DNA of 64,000 nucleotides from Desulfatiglandales bacterium (GTDB lineage Bacteria > Desulfobacterota > DSM-4660 > Desulfatiglandales > Desulfatiglandaceae): positions 5,248,001-5,312,000 of the forward strand of contig OY759599.1 in NCBI GenBank assembly GCA_963662465.1, read 5' to 3'. The translations under genes were made by a program, and so were the position numbers. Positions 36,178 through 45,742 of this stretch are shown here, piece by piece. Within the stretch, counting starts at the first letter, position 1; the number at the start of each line of letters is the position of its first letter. Below the pieces are notes generated by a model, which saw nothing but the letters and a program-made list of their open reading frames with translations, was not told where the DNA came from and made no database searches.

Positions 36178-38510
36178 CCTTTGATGATCTCAGGATTTAC
36201 GGTATAGGTAATTGATGGACGCCCCCCCTGTGGCCCGCCCTTGGCTGTGGCCCCTGCAATATAGTTTCGCTCTTCCAGTACATCCAATGGGATTTCTAAA
36301 TCAGATACCCGTGGAAACGTCCCCCGTAGGGCCTGGAAGGAATCTCTTTTTGTGAATGACTCGAAACGGCCACCCTCTACCCAGCGCCAAACCTTTTTGG
36401 CACCCTCAATGGCCACATCGGCCCCCATGAGATTAAAGGCAACCTCCGCATGGCTCGAAGCAACCGCCGCCAAATCAAGGGACTGTTTCATGGTTCCCAC
36501 ATCAATCGGGGTTCCCCATGGCTGTTGTGGGTTTTTAACGCAATGAAGGACACCGGCCACCCTCGCAGCGCCCCCAGGCAATTTCCCGGCCCAGTCCGTA
36601 ATATGCTCGAAACGTCCACCTTCACGCATTTCAACTTCCACCATCATGGCAAAATCAAACCATTCAGCATACGCAGCCCGATCCAACTTTATGATATAGG
36701 GTTCGATCTGATTCCGTTCATCCGTTTGTGGTTTGATGTCCAAAAGCGTATAGATCAAATCTTTCCATCCATCCCTGACACCCTCTGGTATGGGTGCCGT
36801 TTCAAGGGTTCGATACCCCAGGTTTGACACTGGTATGAAATACCAAAACCGCGCCAACAACCCCCGGCCCCGGAATGTCTTTTTCTCGCCAATGGCCCGC
36901 AGCACTTCCGGCTGTGGACTCAGCACAATGGAAAGGGCAGGGTTCTCCACAAATAACGGTTCCCGGCTGCCTCGATCCACCCTCAAGGCGTCGCCTGAAT
37001 AACCCTGGAGAAAAACGTCAAGGTTTGGGATTCCGTTTGAATATCTCCCGCCGATTATTTCAAAAATGCCACCCTCCGTGCTTATGATGGCCATACGATC
37101 CCCATTGTTGGATAACATCGTTCCAAGGCGTTCTGGAGTAATGTCTTGTGCCCATGTACGATAGACTTTCGGCACCTCTTCCATGCCCATCTCAAGATTG
37201 AAAATATCCTCTTGGATCGCTTCCACCTGATCCGGTTTTGCTTTGCCGTACTTGCCCCGAAGGGCCTTAATCCGCGCATCTTTGCTCATATTCTCACTTT
37301 CCACCTGTTTGATTCTTGCTGACAATAGATCCCGCTGCCCAGCCTCCCACATAGTCAAAGGTTTTGTCATAGTGCTATTGACAGCACTCTTCCTATTTGA
37401 TGGATCAAGCGCAGCTACAAGAAAAAAGTTCGTGGGTTCGATATGGCCCGGCTTCACCTGGACAACCATCTTACCGTGGATCGCCGTTGCCACCGTACCC
37501 AATGCCATGGCCACCGCCAATTCAATAGGCGTTTCCGTTGCCGCCGATGTAGCGGCCGACATCTCTCCCAGGATACCGGGTAACTCCACATCAAACGCCG
37601 GCACCTGGTAATCATCCAAAAGAATAGGGCTCCCCCATTCTTGGCCTGATTGTTCCTGCCCTGGCATCCATTCATCCGCCTGGCCAATTAGTTCGTGAAG
37701 GACCTCTTTGGTTCCACCGGCATCAATCCAGTCCGAAACATCACCCTTTTCTGGAAGGCCCGGCAATTCGATAATTTTGATGGACTTGGCAATGCCCCGA
37801 AGCGCCTCCGCCACCTTATCAGCATGCTTACGGCCTGGCTCGTCGTTGTCGGGAAGGATCACCACATCTTTACCGCGCAAGGTTTCGGAATATGATGATT
37901 GCCACTTCCCGGCCCCGCCTACGTTTGTTGTGGCCACCATGCCCAGGGTGAAAATGTTATCAACATCTTTTTCACCCTCGACAACTATCACCTGATCCGC
38001 CTGAAGTAGCTCAGGAAGGCGATAAAGGACTTTATCGACATTCTTGACGCTCCATGTCCACCCGCCGTTACCATCCGGCTGTCGCTGCCTGAAGTCCTTA
38101 GGTTCCATTCTCACGGCCTGATATAAAATGGCGCCTTCCTCGTTCATATAATCATACGTTTTCACAATCCGCCCCGGCCCGGATTTCTTTTTCCCGTTGC
38201 TGCCCATGATATTAAAATCCGCCGCGATACCCCGCACCTGTCCGTCAAAGGATGATATGCCTTTCAGCTCGCCATAGAAGGAAAAGGCATCGCCCGAAGC
38301 ATCGCACCCGAAGCAATGGTACTGCCCGGTTTTGTTGTTGACGGAAAGGGAAGGATCTGAATCGTCGTGGAAGGGACAAATAGCCTTGTACTCATCGCCG
38401 TTTCCGTTATGAAGTTCAAGGAATTGAGAATAAAAGCCTGTCCAATTCCCTGCAAAATAAGCCTTGATTTCTTCGTTATCTGTTGTTAAATTGTTCATAT
38501 TCGATTGCAT
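36168..38510 (-). CDS. Primase-helicase: CHC2 zinc finger, TOPRIM, DUF3987/YfjI-like domain
   Basis: CPFHDD..YHCFGC; VEGEKD, DNDEPG, KGDVSDW; PSNRKS, DITPERL, STEG, RVDR, GLLARF. Confidence 0.9.
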   Translation of the reverse strand: MQSNMNNLTTDNEEIKAYFAGNWTGFYSQFLELHNGNGDEYKAICPFHDDSDPSLSVNNKTGQYHCFGCDASGDAFSFYGELKGISSFDGQVRGIAADFNIMGSNGKKKSGPGRIVKTYDYMNEEGAILYQAVRMEPKDFRQRQPDGNGGWTWSVKNVDKVLYRLPELLQADQVIVVEGEKDVDNIFTLGMVATTNVGGAGKWQSSYSETLRGKDVVILPDNDEPGRKHADKVAEALRGIAKSIKIIELPGLPEKGDVSDWIDAGGTKEVLHELIGQADEWMPGQEQSGQEWGSPILLDDYQVPAFDVELPGILGEMSAATSAATETPIELAVAMALGTVATAIHGKMVVQVKPGHIEPTNFFLVAALDPSNRKSAVNSTMTKPLTMWEAGQRDLLSARIKQVESENMSKDARIKALRGKYGKAKPDQVEAIQEDIFNLEMGMEEVPKVYRTWAQDITPERLGTMLSNNGDRMAIISTEGGIFEIIGGRYSNGIPNLDVFLQGYSGDALRVDRGSREPLFVENPALSIVLSPQPEVLRAIGEKKTFRGRGLLARFWYFIPVSNLGYRTLETAPIPEGVRDGWKDLIYTLLDIKPQTDERNQIEPYIIKLDRAAYAEWFDFAMMVEVEMREGGRFEHITDWAGKLPGGAARVAGVLHCVKNPQQPWGTPIDVGTMKQSLDLAAVASSHAEVAFNLMGADVAIEGAKKVWRWVEGGRFESFTKRDSFQALRGTFPRVSDLEIPLDVLEERNYIAGATAKGGPQGGRPSITYTVNPEIIKGWA

Positions 38511-38573
38511 CGCATCACCTCATCATCATGGCCCTTTGACGGGCCTCCCGTTCCCGTCTTAGGGCTTTGTTGT

Positions 38574-39155
38574 TTAAAGAATTCCGATTTCCACGGCCAA
38601 CTGATAATGTGGCTGCGTTGCAATCTCCGCTTGGAACCACTGATCATATTTTTCATTCCCCAACAACTCCCGCGCATCGGATAGTGTTTGCGTCAATTCA
38701 ATCTTTGCCTCTTCGGTACGCTCGATGATTCGCCTTGCTGTTCGGGTAAGGGAAAGATGGTTATTCACCCGTTCCCGAAGCGCCTTGACGCTGGCCCTCT
38801 CAGATTCAGCCCAATCAAGGAGTTTATCTTGCATGGTGGGATCGTCTATAAACGTAACTTCTTTATGATGTGAAAAACTCAAATTCGGTCTACGTCGACC
38901 GATTTCAAAAGCTCTTGAAACCTTCCCGCACATTGTTGAATTTTCATAATTCACCCCGATCCGTTCACAAGCGGCTTTCCCATCTCCCCACTGGCAGGCG
39001 TTCCACCAATCGCCTAACCACCATTGGCGGGCCTGATCCACCTTGACAAGAATCTCGCCTGCTTCATTCCATTGGGACTCATTTACGCCTTTCAAATCCC
39101 ATCCCGTAGCTGTTAAACCTGTTTGACCTTCAACCTTCATAATGTCTGTTTTCAT
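38574..39155 (-). CDS. LmbU-like DNA-binding protein
   Basis: W...G..L.......WWLGDW, VSRAF...RRRPNLSFSHH.EV, SV..LR. Confidence 0.7.
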   Translation of the reverse strand: MKTDIMKVEGQTGLTATGWDLKGVNESQWNEAGEILVKVDQARQWWLGDWWNACQWGDGKAACERIGVNYENSTMCGKVSRAFEIGRRRPNLSFSHHKEVTFIDDPTMQDKLLDWAESERASVKALRERVNNHLSLTRTARRIIERTEEAKIELTQTLSDARELLGNEKYDQWFQAEIATQPHYQLAVEIGIL

Positions 39156-39170
39156 CTGATCACCTCCCTT

Positions 39171-39476
39171 TCAACTGTTCGCAATTTCCAACAAAACATC
39201 GGCATGACAAGGCTCATCCAACCCGCAAGTGCAGACTAAATCCTTACCTCGTAAATGCTCCCGGATATATTCCGGCGTTATGGGATACCGTCCACCCTTG
39301 CCGGTTCTCAATTCGCCTGACTCAATCGCTTGCCGGTACAAAGACACCGCTTTCTCTTTCGTTATCACTTTCGTCGCTTTGAATGGGTTCGCAAACCGGC
39401 TCATACCTTGCACAACAACACTGTTTGCTGGCAAATTCACTTTATAATCGCCCCGTCTTAACCTTTTCGGTTTCAT
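39171..39476 (-). CDS. DUF4326 family protein
   Basis: SRFANPF, LRGKDLVCTC...PCHADVLLEIAN. Confidence 0.85.
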   Translation of the reverse strand: MKPKRLRRGDYKVNLPANSVVVQGMSRFANPFKATKVITKEKAVSLYRQAIESGELRTGKGGRYPITPEYIREHLRGKDLVCTCGLDEPCHADVLLEIANS

Positions 39477-39495
39477 CGCCTTTCCCTCCTTTTGA

Positions 39496-39717
39496 CTAAT
39501 TGCCCGTGGCCCTGGATTTCAGCCATTGAATGAGGCTGTCCACCGGGTAACATACCCGGCGCCCGATACAGAAACGTCCCTGTGGCCCGGTTTCGTTGCA
39601 ATCCTCATTCGCCAAAGACTTTGAGCTTACGGCGCCACCTGTGAAACGCCCTATCTCGCCCCTGGAAACAATCGCACTCGGCCACCTTGCCGCCATTGCT
39701 TGCCAAATATCACCCAT
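39496..39717 (-). CDS. AlpA/excisionase-like HTH protein
   Basis: SxxSLAN.D...GP...F.IGRRVCY....LIQWL. Confidence 0.7.
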   Translation of the reverse strand: MGDIWQAMAARWPSAIVSRGEIGRFTGGAVSSKSLANEDCNETGPQGRFCIGRRVCYPVDSLIQWLKSRATGN

Positions 39718-39898
39718 TGAAAATCACCTCCCTCTTGCATTTCAAGAGTTTTGCCCACCTGGCTTTCTCTTCCTCTGGAAGTTCCCGTCGCTTCCTAACA
39801 ACCCGGCTCACCACCGTTTCATCGACACCCGCCGATGCTGCAAAATCCGCCTGACTTCCAAACTTTTCAAAAATCTTTGCTTTCAGTTTTCTGTTCAT
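39710..39898 (-). CDS. Small XRE/Cro-like HTH protein
   Basis: LKAKI.EKFGSQADFA...GVDE..VSR; GGAGG SD. Confidence 0.75.
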   Translation of the reverse strand: MNRKLKAKIFEKFGSQADFAASAGVDETVVSRVVRKRRELPEEEKARWAKLLKCKREVIFNG

Positions 39899-39957
39899 CC
39901 CTTGCCCTCCTGTGATAGTTGGTGCAAGACACACCATGTTTAAGCCAAAAAAAAGAG

Positions 39958-40482
39958 CTACCCCGGAAACGCAGCCCTTACCACCTGTCGAATCTTCTTA
40001 AAATTAATGATCTGAAGTCCATCGTAATCATCGTCAAACGAATCACCCATAAACCCCGGAATATCGAATGGACGGAAAGGCACCCGACCCTCTGGATCAT
40101 ACATGCCCCACCGCCCATCGCTTAATGTCATGGCCCATTCACCCGGTTCCCCAAAAGTCATAGTTCTTATTTTGGACTCACCGTCAACCGTTTCAAGACG
40201 GAATAGAATATGGGATACATTCTCTCCATGCTTACCCGTGGCCTGCTCCCTTGCCTTAAACCCATCAACAAATTCAGCCGCAACCTTCCTTGACATTCCA
40301 AATGTTCCAACCAACTTAGAAAAAAGGGCCACACAATACACATCCAACAATGTGAATTCAGCCTTACGCCCTCGCCCTGGAGATGGAATAGACGGAGCGA
40401 CAAACCCCTTGGAAGTCCACACCCGCAACCGTTCTCTGTCAATCTTCAATCCATTTTCAATGTCAAGAGTGCTGTACCCCAT
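39958..40482 (-). CDS. MerR-like winged-HTH protein
   Basis: Start MGYSTLDI at 40482 with GGAGG SD; RLRVWTSKGFVAPS...GRG....FT..DV. Confidence 0.7.
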   Translation of the reverse strand: MGYSTLDIENGLKIDRERLRVWTSKGFVAPSIPSPGRGRKAEFTLLDVYCVALFSKLVGTFGMSRKVAAEFVDGFKAREQATGKHGENVSHILFRLETVDGESKIRTMTFGEPGEWAMTLSDGRWGMYDPEGRVPFRPFDIPGFMGDSFDDDYDGLQIINFKKIRQVVRAAFPG

Positions 40483-40519
40483 AATGAAACCCTCCAAAGT
40501 TTGTGTTATACGCACCACC

Positions 40520-40547
40520 ATTATAATCTTGACAGTCATATTGTCAA
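40520..40547 (-). promoter_or_regulatory. Consensus promoter with an overlapping palindromic operator, driving the replication operon
   Basis: TTGACA-N16-TATAAT on the minus strand; TTGACA-N7-TGTCAA palindrome at 40529-40547. Confidence 0.65.
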
Positions 40548-40726
40548 CAAAATATTTGAAACAACACCCACCAACACCACACCAAAGGGACGCAAGTCTT
40601 TTGAATGACATACTTATTTTTTCTTAACTTTTTTTTGATAGGATACCATCAATGGGCAAGGTTTAGGCTTTTGCTACTTTTGCGACTATTGCTCTTAGAG
40701 TCTCAAATGTTAATTTCACCCCGAAA

Positions 40727-40762
40727 GGGGGTTTTGAGGGTATTGAGGGTATTGAGTATAGG
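40727..40762 (+). repeat. Second iteron cluster; inverted 34/36 copy of 36058-36093
   Basis: gggggttttgagggtattgagggtattgagtatagg. Confidence 0.85.
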
Positions 40763-40771
40763 TTTAGAAAT

Positions 40772-42049
40772 TTACTTTCCACTGTTCGCATGTAGTGGGA
40801 TCACCTCCGCCGTGGCCTTTAACGATGTAGCTGCTTCCATCCTTTGCACCGCCGCCCGTAATGATCCGGCCCCCAGGTGTGAATACCTGGCTGCCATAGT
40901 AACATCCGCATGGCCCAACAACTGACTCACCTCATACAATGATGCACCATTAGACATAAGATTGCTGGCAAAGGAATGTCTCAAGCTGTGGAAAACAACC
41001 CTGGCCCGCCTATCTTCCACATCATCATTGAAATGAAGGGCATCAACCGCCCGGAAAAACGAATGACTTATTTTTTTAATGGGCTCTCCATTGGTATCCT
41101 TGAAAACAAGATCCGTTTTCTTCCCCATGGGCATTGACTGGAACATCTCTTGAACCCTGGACGTCATAAACGCCGCCCGGTTTTCCGTTGCCTTTGGATC
41201 AACCACCATAATGATTCCGTCTGGAATATTGATATGGCCTAATTGCAGCTTTACGATTTCCCCGAAGCGAAGCCCACAATCCAGACTAACAAGTGCAATG
41301 TCATGGGTTTGCTGTGATCTTTCTTTCAACTCTGAAAGAAGCAATTCACTTTCCTGTGGGGAAAGAAACCGCATCCGCCTATTATCAAACTTTGGGATCT
41401 TGACACCACGGCCCGGCCAATCACCACTGACTATTCCTTGATTCCTGGCCATGTTCCACACCTGCCTTGATATGGCCATGACATATTGAATACGCCGGGG
41501 GCTTTTACCCTCTTTGAGCATAGCCCTTTTCAGTTTTTCCAGATGCAAAGGACGCCAATCCCGCAGTCGTATTTTCCCCAGGTAGGGCTTTAGCCACACC
41601 TTAAAAACTGACTCTTCCTCGGCCATAGTGGTGTTTTTTTTGTGGGTTTTGGCAATGGGCAAGTAGTTGTCGGAAAAAAATTGACCAAAAGTTAAAGACT
41701 GCTCCTTCTCCGCAGCCCTGGCCCGATCCTCTTCTCTTTTCTGGATCTCCGCCAGCTCCCTTTCTTCTTTGAGAGTAGCTGGCCCAGCCCCGGCCTTGGC
41801 ATTCGCTTTCAGTCGTTCCAACTCACCTGTGGCGTATTCAAGCAAAGATCGTTTTCCAATCCCACCATCGTTTTCAACCCTGGATTTCTCAGCCTGTGAA
41901 AATTCACTTTCCCAACCAAAAGGGATATGCTCCATTTTGCCGTCAACCATATAGCGTCCTCTGAAATACCTATCAAAACGCTTGCCATACTTTCGGCTTT
42001 CGTGGTTATACGCCTGGAGGCCCTTGCCTACCTTGTACCATTTCGCCAT
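40772..42049 (-). CDS. int: Tyrosine integrase
   Basis: GLRFGE, FHSLRHSFAS, LLGH...MAARY (R-H-R-H-Y intact); start at 42049 with GGAGG SD. Confidence 0.95.
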   Translation of the reverse strand: MAKWYKVGKGLQAYNHESRKYGKRFDRYFRGRYMVDGKMEHIPFGWESEFSQAEKSRVENDGGIGKRSLLEYATGELERLKANAKAGAGPATLKEERELAEIQKREEDRARAAEKEQSLTFGQFFSDNYLPIAKTHKKNTTMAEEESVFKVWLKPYLGKIRLRDWRPLHLEKLKRAMLKEGKSPRRIQYVMAISRQVWNMARNQGIVSGDWPGRGVKIPKFDNRRMRFLSPQESELLLSELKERSQQTHDIALVSLDCGLRFGEIVKLQLGHINIPDGIIMVVDPKATENRAAFMTSRVQEMFQSMPMGKKTDLVFKDTNGEPIKKISHSFFRAVDALHFNDDVEDRRARVVFHSLRHSFASNLMSNGASLYEVSQLLGHADVTMAARYSHLGAGSLRAAVQRMEAATSLKATAEVIPLHANSGK

Positions 42050-42067
42050 TTGCATCCCCTCCGATTG

Positions 42068-42093
42068 TTTAGACAAAATTTAGACAAAAAAAC
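42068..42093 (+). repeat. Integrase arm-type site (TTTAGACAAAA)x2, right; lies between the int promoter and its SD
   Basis: Identical to 34541-34566. Confidence 0.8.
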
Positions 42094-42133
42094 TCTTGAT
42101 ATAGTGGGAATTTCAAGGATGAACTAGGAAGGT

Positions 42134-42162
42134 ATTATAGAGATAAGGTTTTGATATGTCAA
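42134..42162 (-). promoter_or_regulatory. Perfect-consensus sigma70 promoter for int
   Basis: TTGACA-N17-TATAAT on the minus strand. Confidence 0.75.
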
Positions 42163-42205
42163 GGTGAAAGTGATATTTAGGGAAACTGTGGGAAACACAC
42201 AAAAA

Positions 42206-42259
42206 CAGATTCCTAATCTGGGTGTCGTGCGTTCGAGTCGCGCCGGGGGCACCAACAAA
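42206..42259 (+). repeat. att core, right copy (displaced tRNA-Arg 3' half)
   Basis: Identical to 34435-34488; lacks the tRNA 5' half. Confidence 0.95.
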
Positions 42260-42536
42260 GATAATCGTTTACGGGTTTTTACTGAAAGTGCTTTTTTAGT
42301 TTAGGCCTGTTTTTGTACAATCCTTGTACAATCTGGCGTGTTTTGGCACAAAAAAGACAGTCGTCCTTGGTTACCGCTTCACCTCAAACGGTTCCCTTTC
42401 CCCGGAAAAAGCTGTTCATGGTTTTCCTCCATGGTATAATCCGCAATATTCATTGTGGAGGAACTGGTTGGGAGGACATTATGCGCAAGCCCGGTCGCTG
42501 TCCAAACCGTAAAGCCATCACAATTATCCGCCCCCC

Positions 42537-42819
42537 CCCTTGCACTTCAGGAACACATGATTAGAATTGCGAAAAAGATTGCGTTAATGGTCGCCGGCGG
42601 CGCTGCGATGAAATTTCGGCGGAACCTGACCAAGAAGCAGGAAATGCTGGGCAAGGTAGCGGACGTATTAAAATATTCGCAATGGAGCGCCATATGATGA
42701 GAACCCTCAAGATCATTGACAAAGTGGGGGAAGAAAAGGTAAAATATTGTATTGGCGCCGTGAGTTTAAAAAGGGAGATTGCAGACCGGATCACGGATCT
42801 GGAAGCCTTTTCCTTATAA
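42537..42819 (+). pseudogene. C-terminal remnant of a long (FadE/VLCAD-type) acyl-CoA dehydrogenase
   Basis: AKKIALMVAGGA...QEMLGKVADV, frameshift, then IFAMERHMMRTLK...REIADRI*. Confidence 0.65.
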
Positions 42820-42845
42820 ACATTCAAACCGGAATGTGACACGGG

Positions 42846-42879
42846 AAAGAGGTTCTGCCTGGAGCAGAACCTCTTTTTT
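42846..42879 (+). terminator. Intrinsic terminator-like hairpin just upstream of fusA
   Basis: aaagaggttctgc-ctgga-gcagaacctcttt plus T run. Confidence 0.75.
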
Positions 42880-42908
42880 GTTGCCGGAATAACAACAAGA
42901 GGTTGCTC

Positions 42909-44999
42909 GTGAAAAATGAGATTGGCAAATTAAGAAATATTGGCATCAGCGCCCATATCGATTCGGGGAAAACCACCCTAACCGAAAGAATTTTGTTTTA
43001 CACCAATCGAATCTTTGCCATTCATGAAGTGAAGGGAAAAGACGGCGTGGGCGCCACCATGGACTCCATGGAACTGGAAAGAGAGAGGGGCATCACCATT
43101 GCCTCCGCCGCTACCCATTGTGAATGGAAGGGGCATAAAATTAATATTATCGATACCCCCGGGCATGTGGACTTCACCATTGAGGTGGAGCGGGCGCTCA
43201 GGGTCATGGACGGCGCCATTCTCATCCTTTGTTCCGTGGGCGGGGTCCAGTCGCAATCCATTACCGTGGACCGGCAAATGAAACGATACGAGGTGCCTCG
43301 AATCGCTTTCATCAATAAATGCGATCGATCCGGGGCGGACCCTTACAAGGTCGTGGACCAGCTTCGTCAGAAACTGAGCCAGAATGCCGTTCTCATGCAG
43401 ATCCCCATAGGCCTGGAATCTAAATTTGAAGGGGTGGTGGATCTCGTTTCCATGAAAGCCCTCTACTTCGAAGGCGCAAGCGGTGAAACCATCAGAACCG
43501 ACAAAATTCCCGATCATCTCATGACGGAAGCATTAAAGCGAAGAGAAGAATTGCTGGATGCCGCCTCAATGTTTTCGGATGATTTGATGGAAGCCATTTT
43601 TGAAGAGGCGGTTACTGAAGAGTTGATTTTCAAGGCGGTGCGAATTGGGACCATTTCGCGACTGCTGACCCCGGTATTTCTGGGAAGCGCTTACAAGAAT
43701 ATCGGCGTTCAGGAGATACTGGACGCCATCACGCGGTATCTTCCAAACCCCGGGGACAGTACCAATAAGGCCCTTGATCTGGACCGGAACGAGGAAGAGG
43801 TGACCCTTGAAACGGATCCGGAAATGCCCCTGGTAGCCATTGCCTTTAAACTGGAAGTCACCCTTTACGGTCAATTAACGTATCTTCGGATCTACCAGGG
43901 CGCCGTCAAAAAAGGCGACGACCTGGTGATTACCCGGACCGGCAGGAAGATCAAAGTGGGACGTCTGGTCAGGATGCACGCCGACCAGATGGAAGACCTC
44001 ACGTCGGCCCGTGCCGGGGATATTGTCGCCCTGTTCGGCGTCACCTGCTCCTCGGGGGATACCTTCACCGACGGCAAACTGAACGTCAGCATGAGTTCCA
44101 TGTTTGTGCCGGAACCGGTCATCTCCATTACCATCACCCCTGAAGACAATAAGAGCCAGAACAATATGAGCAAGGCCCTGGGTCGCTTCACACGGGAAGA
44201 CCCCACCTTTCGGTCCTATGTGGATACCGAAAGCGGTGAAACCATTATCTCCGGAATGGGGGAACTTCACCTGGAAGTCTATGTGGAGCGGATGAAGCGG
44301 GAATTCCAGGCCAGCGTGGTGACGGGCGTCCCCCAGGTGGCCTATCGGGAAGCCATCACATGCCATGCGGACTTTGATTACATTCACAAAAAACAAACAG
44401 GCGGTTCAGGGCAGTTCGGACGAGTGGCAGGTTTTATGGAACCTTCCGAAGAAGGCGAATATGAGTTTATCAACGCCATCAAAGGCGGCGCCATCCCCAC
44501 CGAATACGTTCCCGCCGTGGACAAGGGATTTCAAGCCTGTTTGACCAAAGGGAAACTCATCGGTTTTCCAGTGCTGGGAATGAAAATAACCGTCAACGAC
44601 GGCAAAAGCCACAGCGTGGATTCCTCTGAAATGGCCTTTACCCAGGCCGCCATGGGGGCCTTCAGGCAGGCGTATATGAAAGCGAAACCCGTGGTGCTGG
44701 AACCGATCATGAAGGTATCGGTGGAAGGCCCTTCCGAGTTTCAGGGCAATGTCATGGGTTCCATCAACCAGCGGCGCGGAATGATTATCAGCAACACGGA
44801 AGACGGCGCCAGCACCACCGTGGAAGCGGAAGTGCCGCTTTCTGAAATGTTCGGTTATGCCACGGCCCTTCGCTCCCTGACCCAGGGGAAAGCAGAATTC
44901 ACCATGGAATTTTCCAAGTATGCCAAACTTCCCGAATCCCTTTCAGAGGAATTGATATCCAACACAATGAAGCATTCAAAAGGAGGTGGGAAATCGTGA
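42909..44999 (+). CDS. fusA: Elongation factor G (spirochete/delta mtEFG1-like type), outside the str operon
   Basis: [65 protein letters not shown] start at 42909. Confidence 0.96.
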   Translation: MKNEIGKLRNIGISAHIDSGKTTLTERILFYTNRIFAIHEVKGKDGVGATMDSMELERERGITIASAATHCEWKGHKINIIDTPGHVDFTIEVERALRVMDGAILILCSVGGVQSQSITVDRQMKRYEVPRIAFINKCDRSGADPYKVVDQLRQKLSQNAVLMQIPIGLESKFEGVVDLVSMKALYFEGASGETIRTDKIPDHLMTEALKRREELLDAASMFSDDLMEAIFEEAVTEELIFKAVRIGTISRLLTPVFLGSAYKNIGVQEILDAITRYLPNPGDSTNKALDLDRNEEEVTLETDPEMPLVAIAFKLEVTLYGQLTYLRIYQGAVKKGDDLVITRTGRKIKVGRLVRMHADQMEDLTSARAGDIVALFGVTCSSGDTFTDGKLNVSMSSMFVPEPVISITITPEDNKSQNNMSKALGRFTREDPTFRSYVDTESGETIISGMGELHLEVYVERMKREFQASVVTGVPQVAYREAITCHADFDYIHKKQTGGSGQFGRVAGFMEPSEEGEYEFINAIKGGAIPTEYVPAVDKGFQACLTKGKLIGFPVLGMKITVNDGKSHSVDSSEMAFTQAAMGAFRQAYMKAKPVVLEPIMKVSVEGPSEFQGNVMGSINQRRGMIISNTEDGASTTVEAEVPLSEMFGYATALRSLTQGKAEFTMEFSKYAKLPESLSEELISNTMKHSKGGGKS

Positions 45000-45691
45000 A
45001 AGATTTTATCTCAGTCAGCCCGCTCAAAATTCTTGAGCAATCATCGCGTCGGGGCATCGGACCCGGAAATCTGGGGGTTTTGATTGCGCGCGCAGGCGTT
45101 GGCAAAACCGCCTGCTTGATTCACATTGCACTGGACAGAATCTTTCGTGGAGAGAAACTGATCCATATTTCCCTTGAAGAGGGGCCGGAAAAGGTAACCG
45201 CTTACTATAATGTCATCTATAATGATCTGTTGAAGGCCTTGAACCTGCCGGATGACGACGAATACCGCATGCGCATTGACCGGAATCGAATGATCCTGGC
45301 TTACCTGAATCAGAGTTTTGATCTGGATCGTCTGGAGGCTAACCTGAGAAATCTGGCCGATATGCTGGATTTCAGGCCCAACACCCTCATCATCGATGGC
45401 CTTGATTTTGAAAAATCAGGACGAAACATGCTTGAAGGCCTCAAAGGGATCGGCCGGGCCTTTGGCGCGGAAATATGGCTTTCAGCCCTGTCCCACCGCC
45501 ACATCGTTGACACCAATGAACGGGGCATTCCGCATCCCTGTTCCGCCGTTGATGATCTGTTGAGTATCATTGTTCAGCTTATCCCCGAGCCGGCGGGCGT
45601 TTTTCTGAGATTGCTCAAAGACCATGACAAACCGGGAAATCCCGACATCAGCGTCAGACTGGACCCCAACACCTTTCTGGCGTTGGATTAA
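44996..45691 (+). CDS. RecA/KaiC/DnaB-like P-loop ATPase
   Basis: [15 protein letters not shown]alker A, HISLE, LIIDG; GTGA overlap with fusA. Confidence 0.8.
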   Translation: MKDFISVSPLKILEQSSRRGIGPGNLGVLIARAGVGKTACLIHIALDRIFRGEKLIHISLEEGPEKVTAYYNVIYNDLLKALNLPDDDEYRMRIDRNRMILAYLNQSFDLDRLEANLRNLADMLDFRPNTLIIDGLDFEKSGRNMLEGLKGIGRAFGAEIWLSALSHRHIVDTNERGIPHPCSAVDDLLSIIVQLIPEPAGVFLRLLKDHDKPGNPDISVRLDPNTFLALD

Positions 45692-45694
45692 AAA

Positions 45695-45736
45695 CAGAGG
45701 TCAGAGGTCGGAAATCGGAGGTCGGAAAACGGAACG
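45695..45736 (+). repeat. Heptamer array CAGAGGT/CGGARRT, 6 units
   Basis: cagaggt cagaggt cggaaat cggaggt cggaaaa cggaacg. Confidence 0.85.
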
Positions 45737-45742
45737 GGTAAA

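Larger units (their letters stand above)
34435..42259 (-). mobile_element. ~7.8-kb integrated element (phage-satellite/PICI-like) in tRNA-Arg(CCT)
   Basis: Identical 54-bp direct repeats at 34435-34488 and 42206-42259; integrase, HTH proteins, excisionase-like protein and primase, all on the minus strand. Confidence 0.92.

Noticed and set aside
42206..42254. Second tRNA-Arg gene
   Set aside because: Only the 3' half is present; it is the att duplication
34435..42259. Element as a full prophage, ICE, retron or DGR
   Set aside because: No structural, conjugation or reverse-transcriptase genes
42481..42564. Small ORF MRKPGRCPNRK with GGAGG SD
   Set aside because: 27 aa in pseudogene debris; the weak Zn-ribbon resemblance is not supportable
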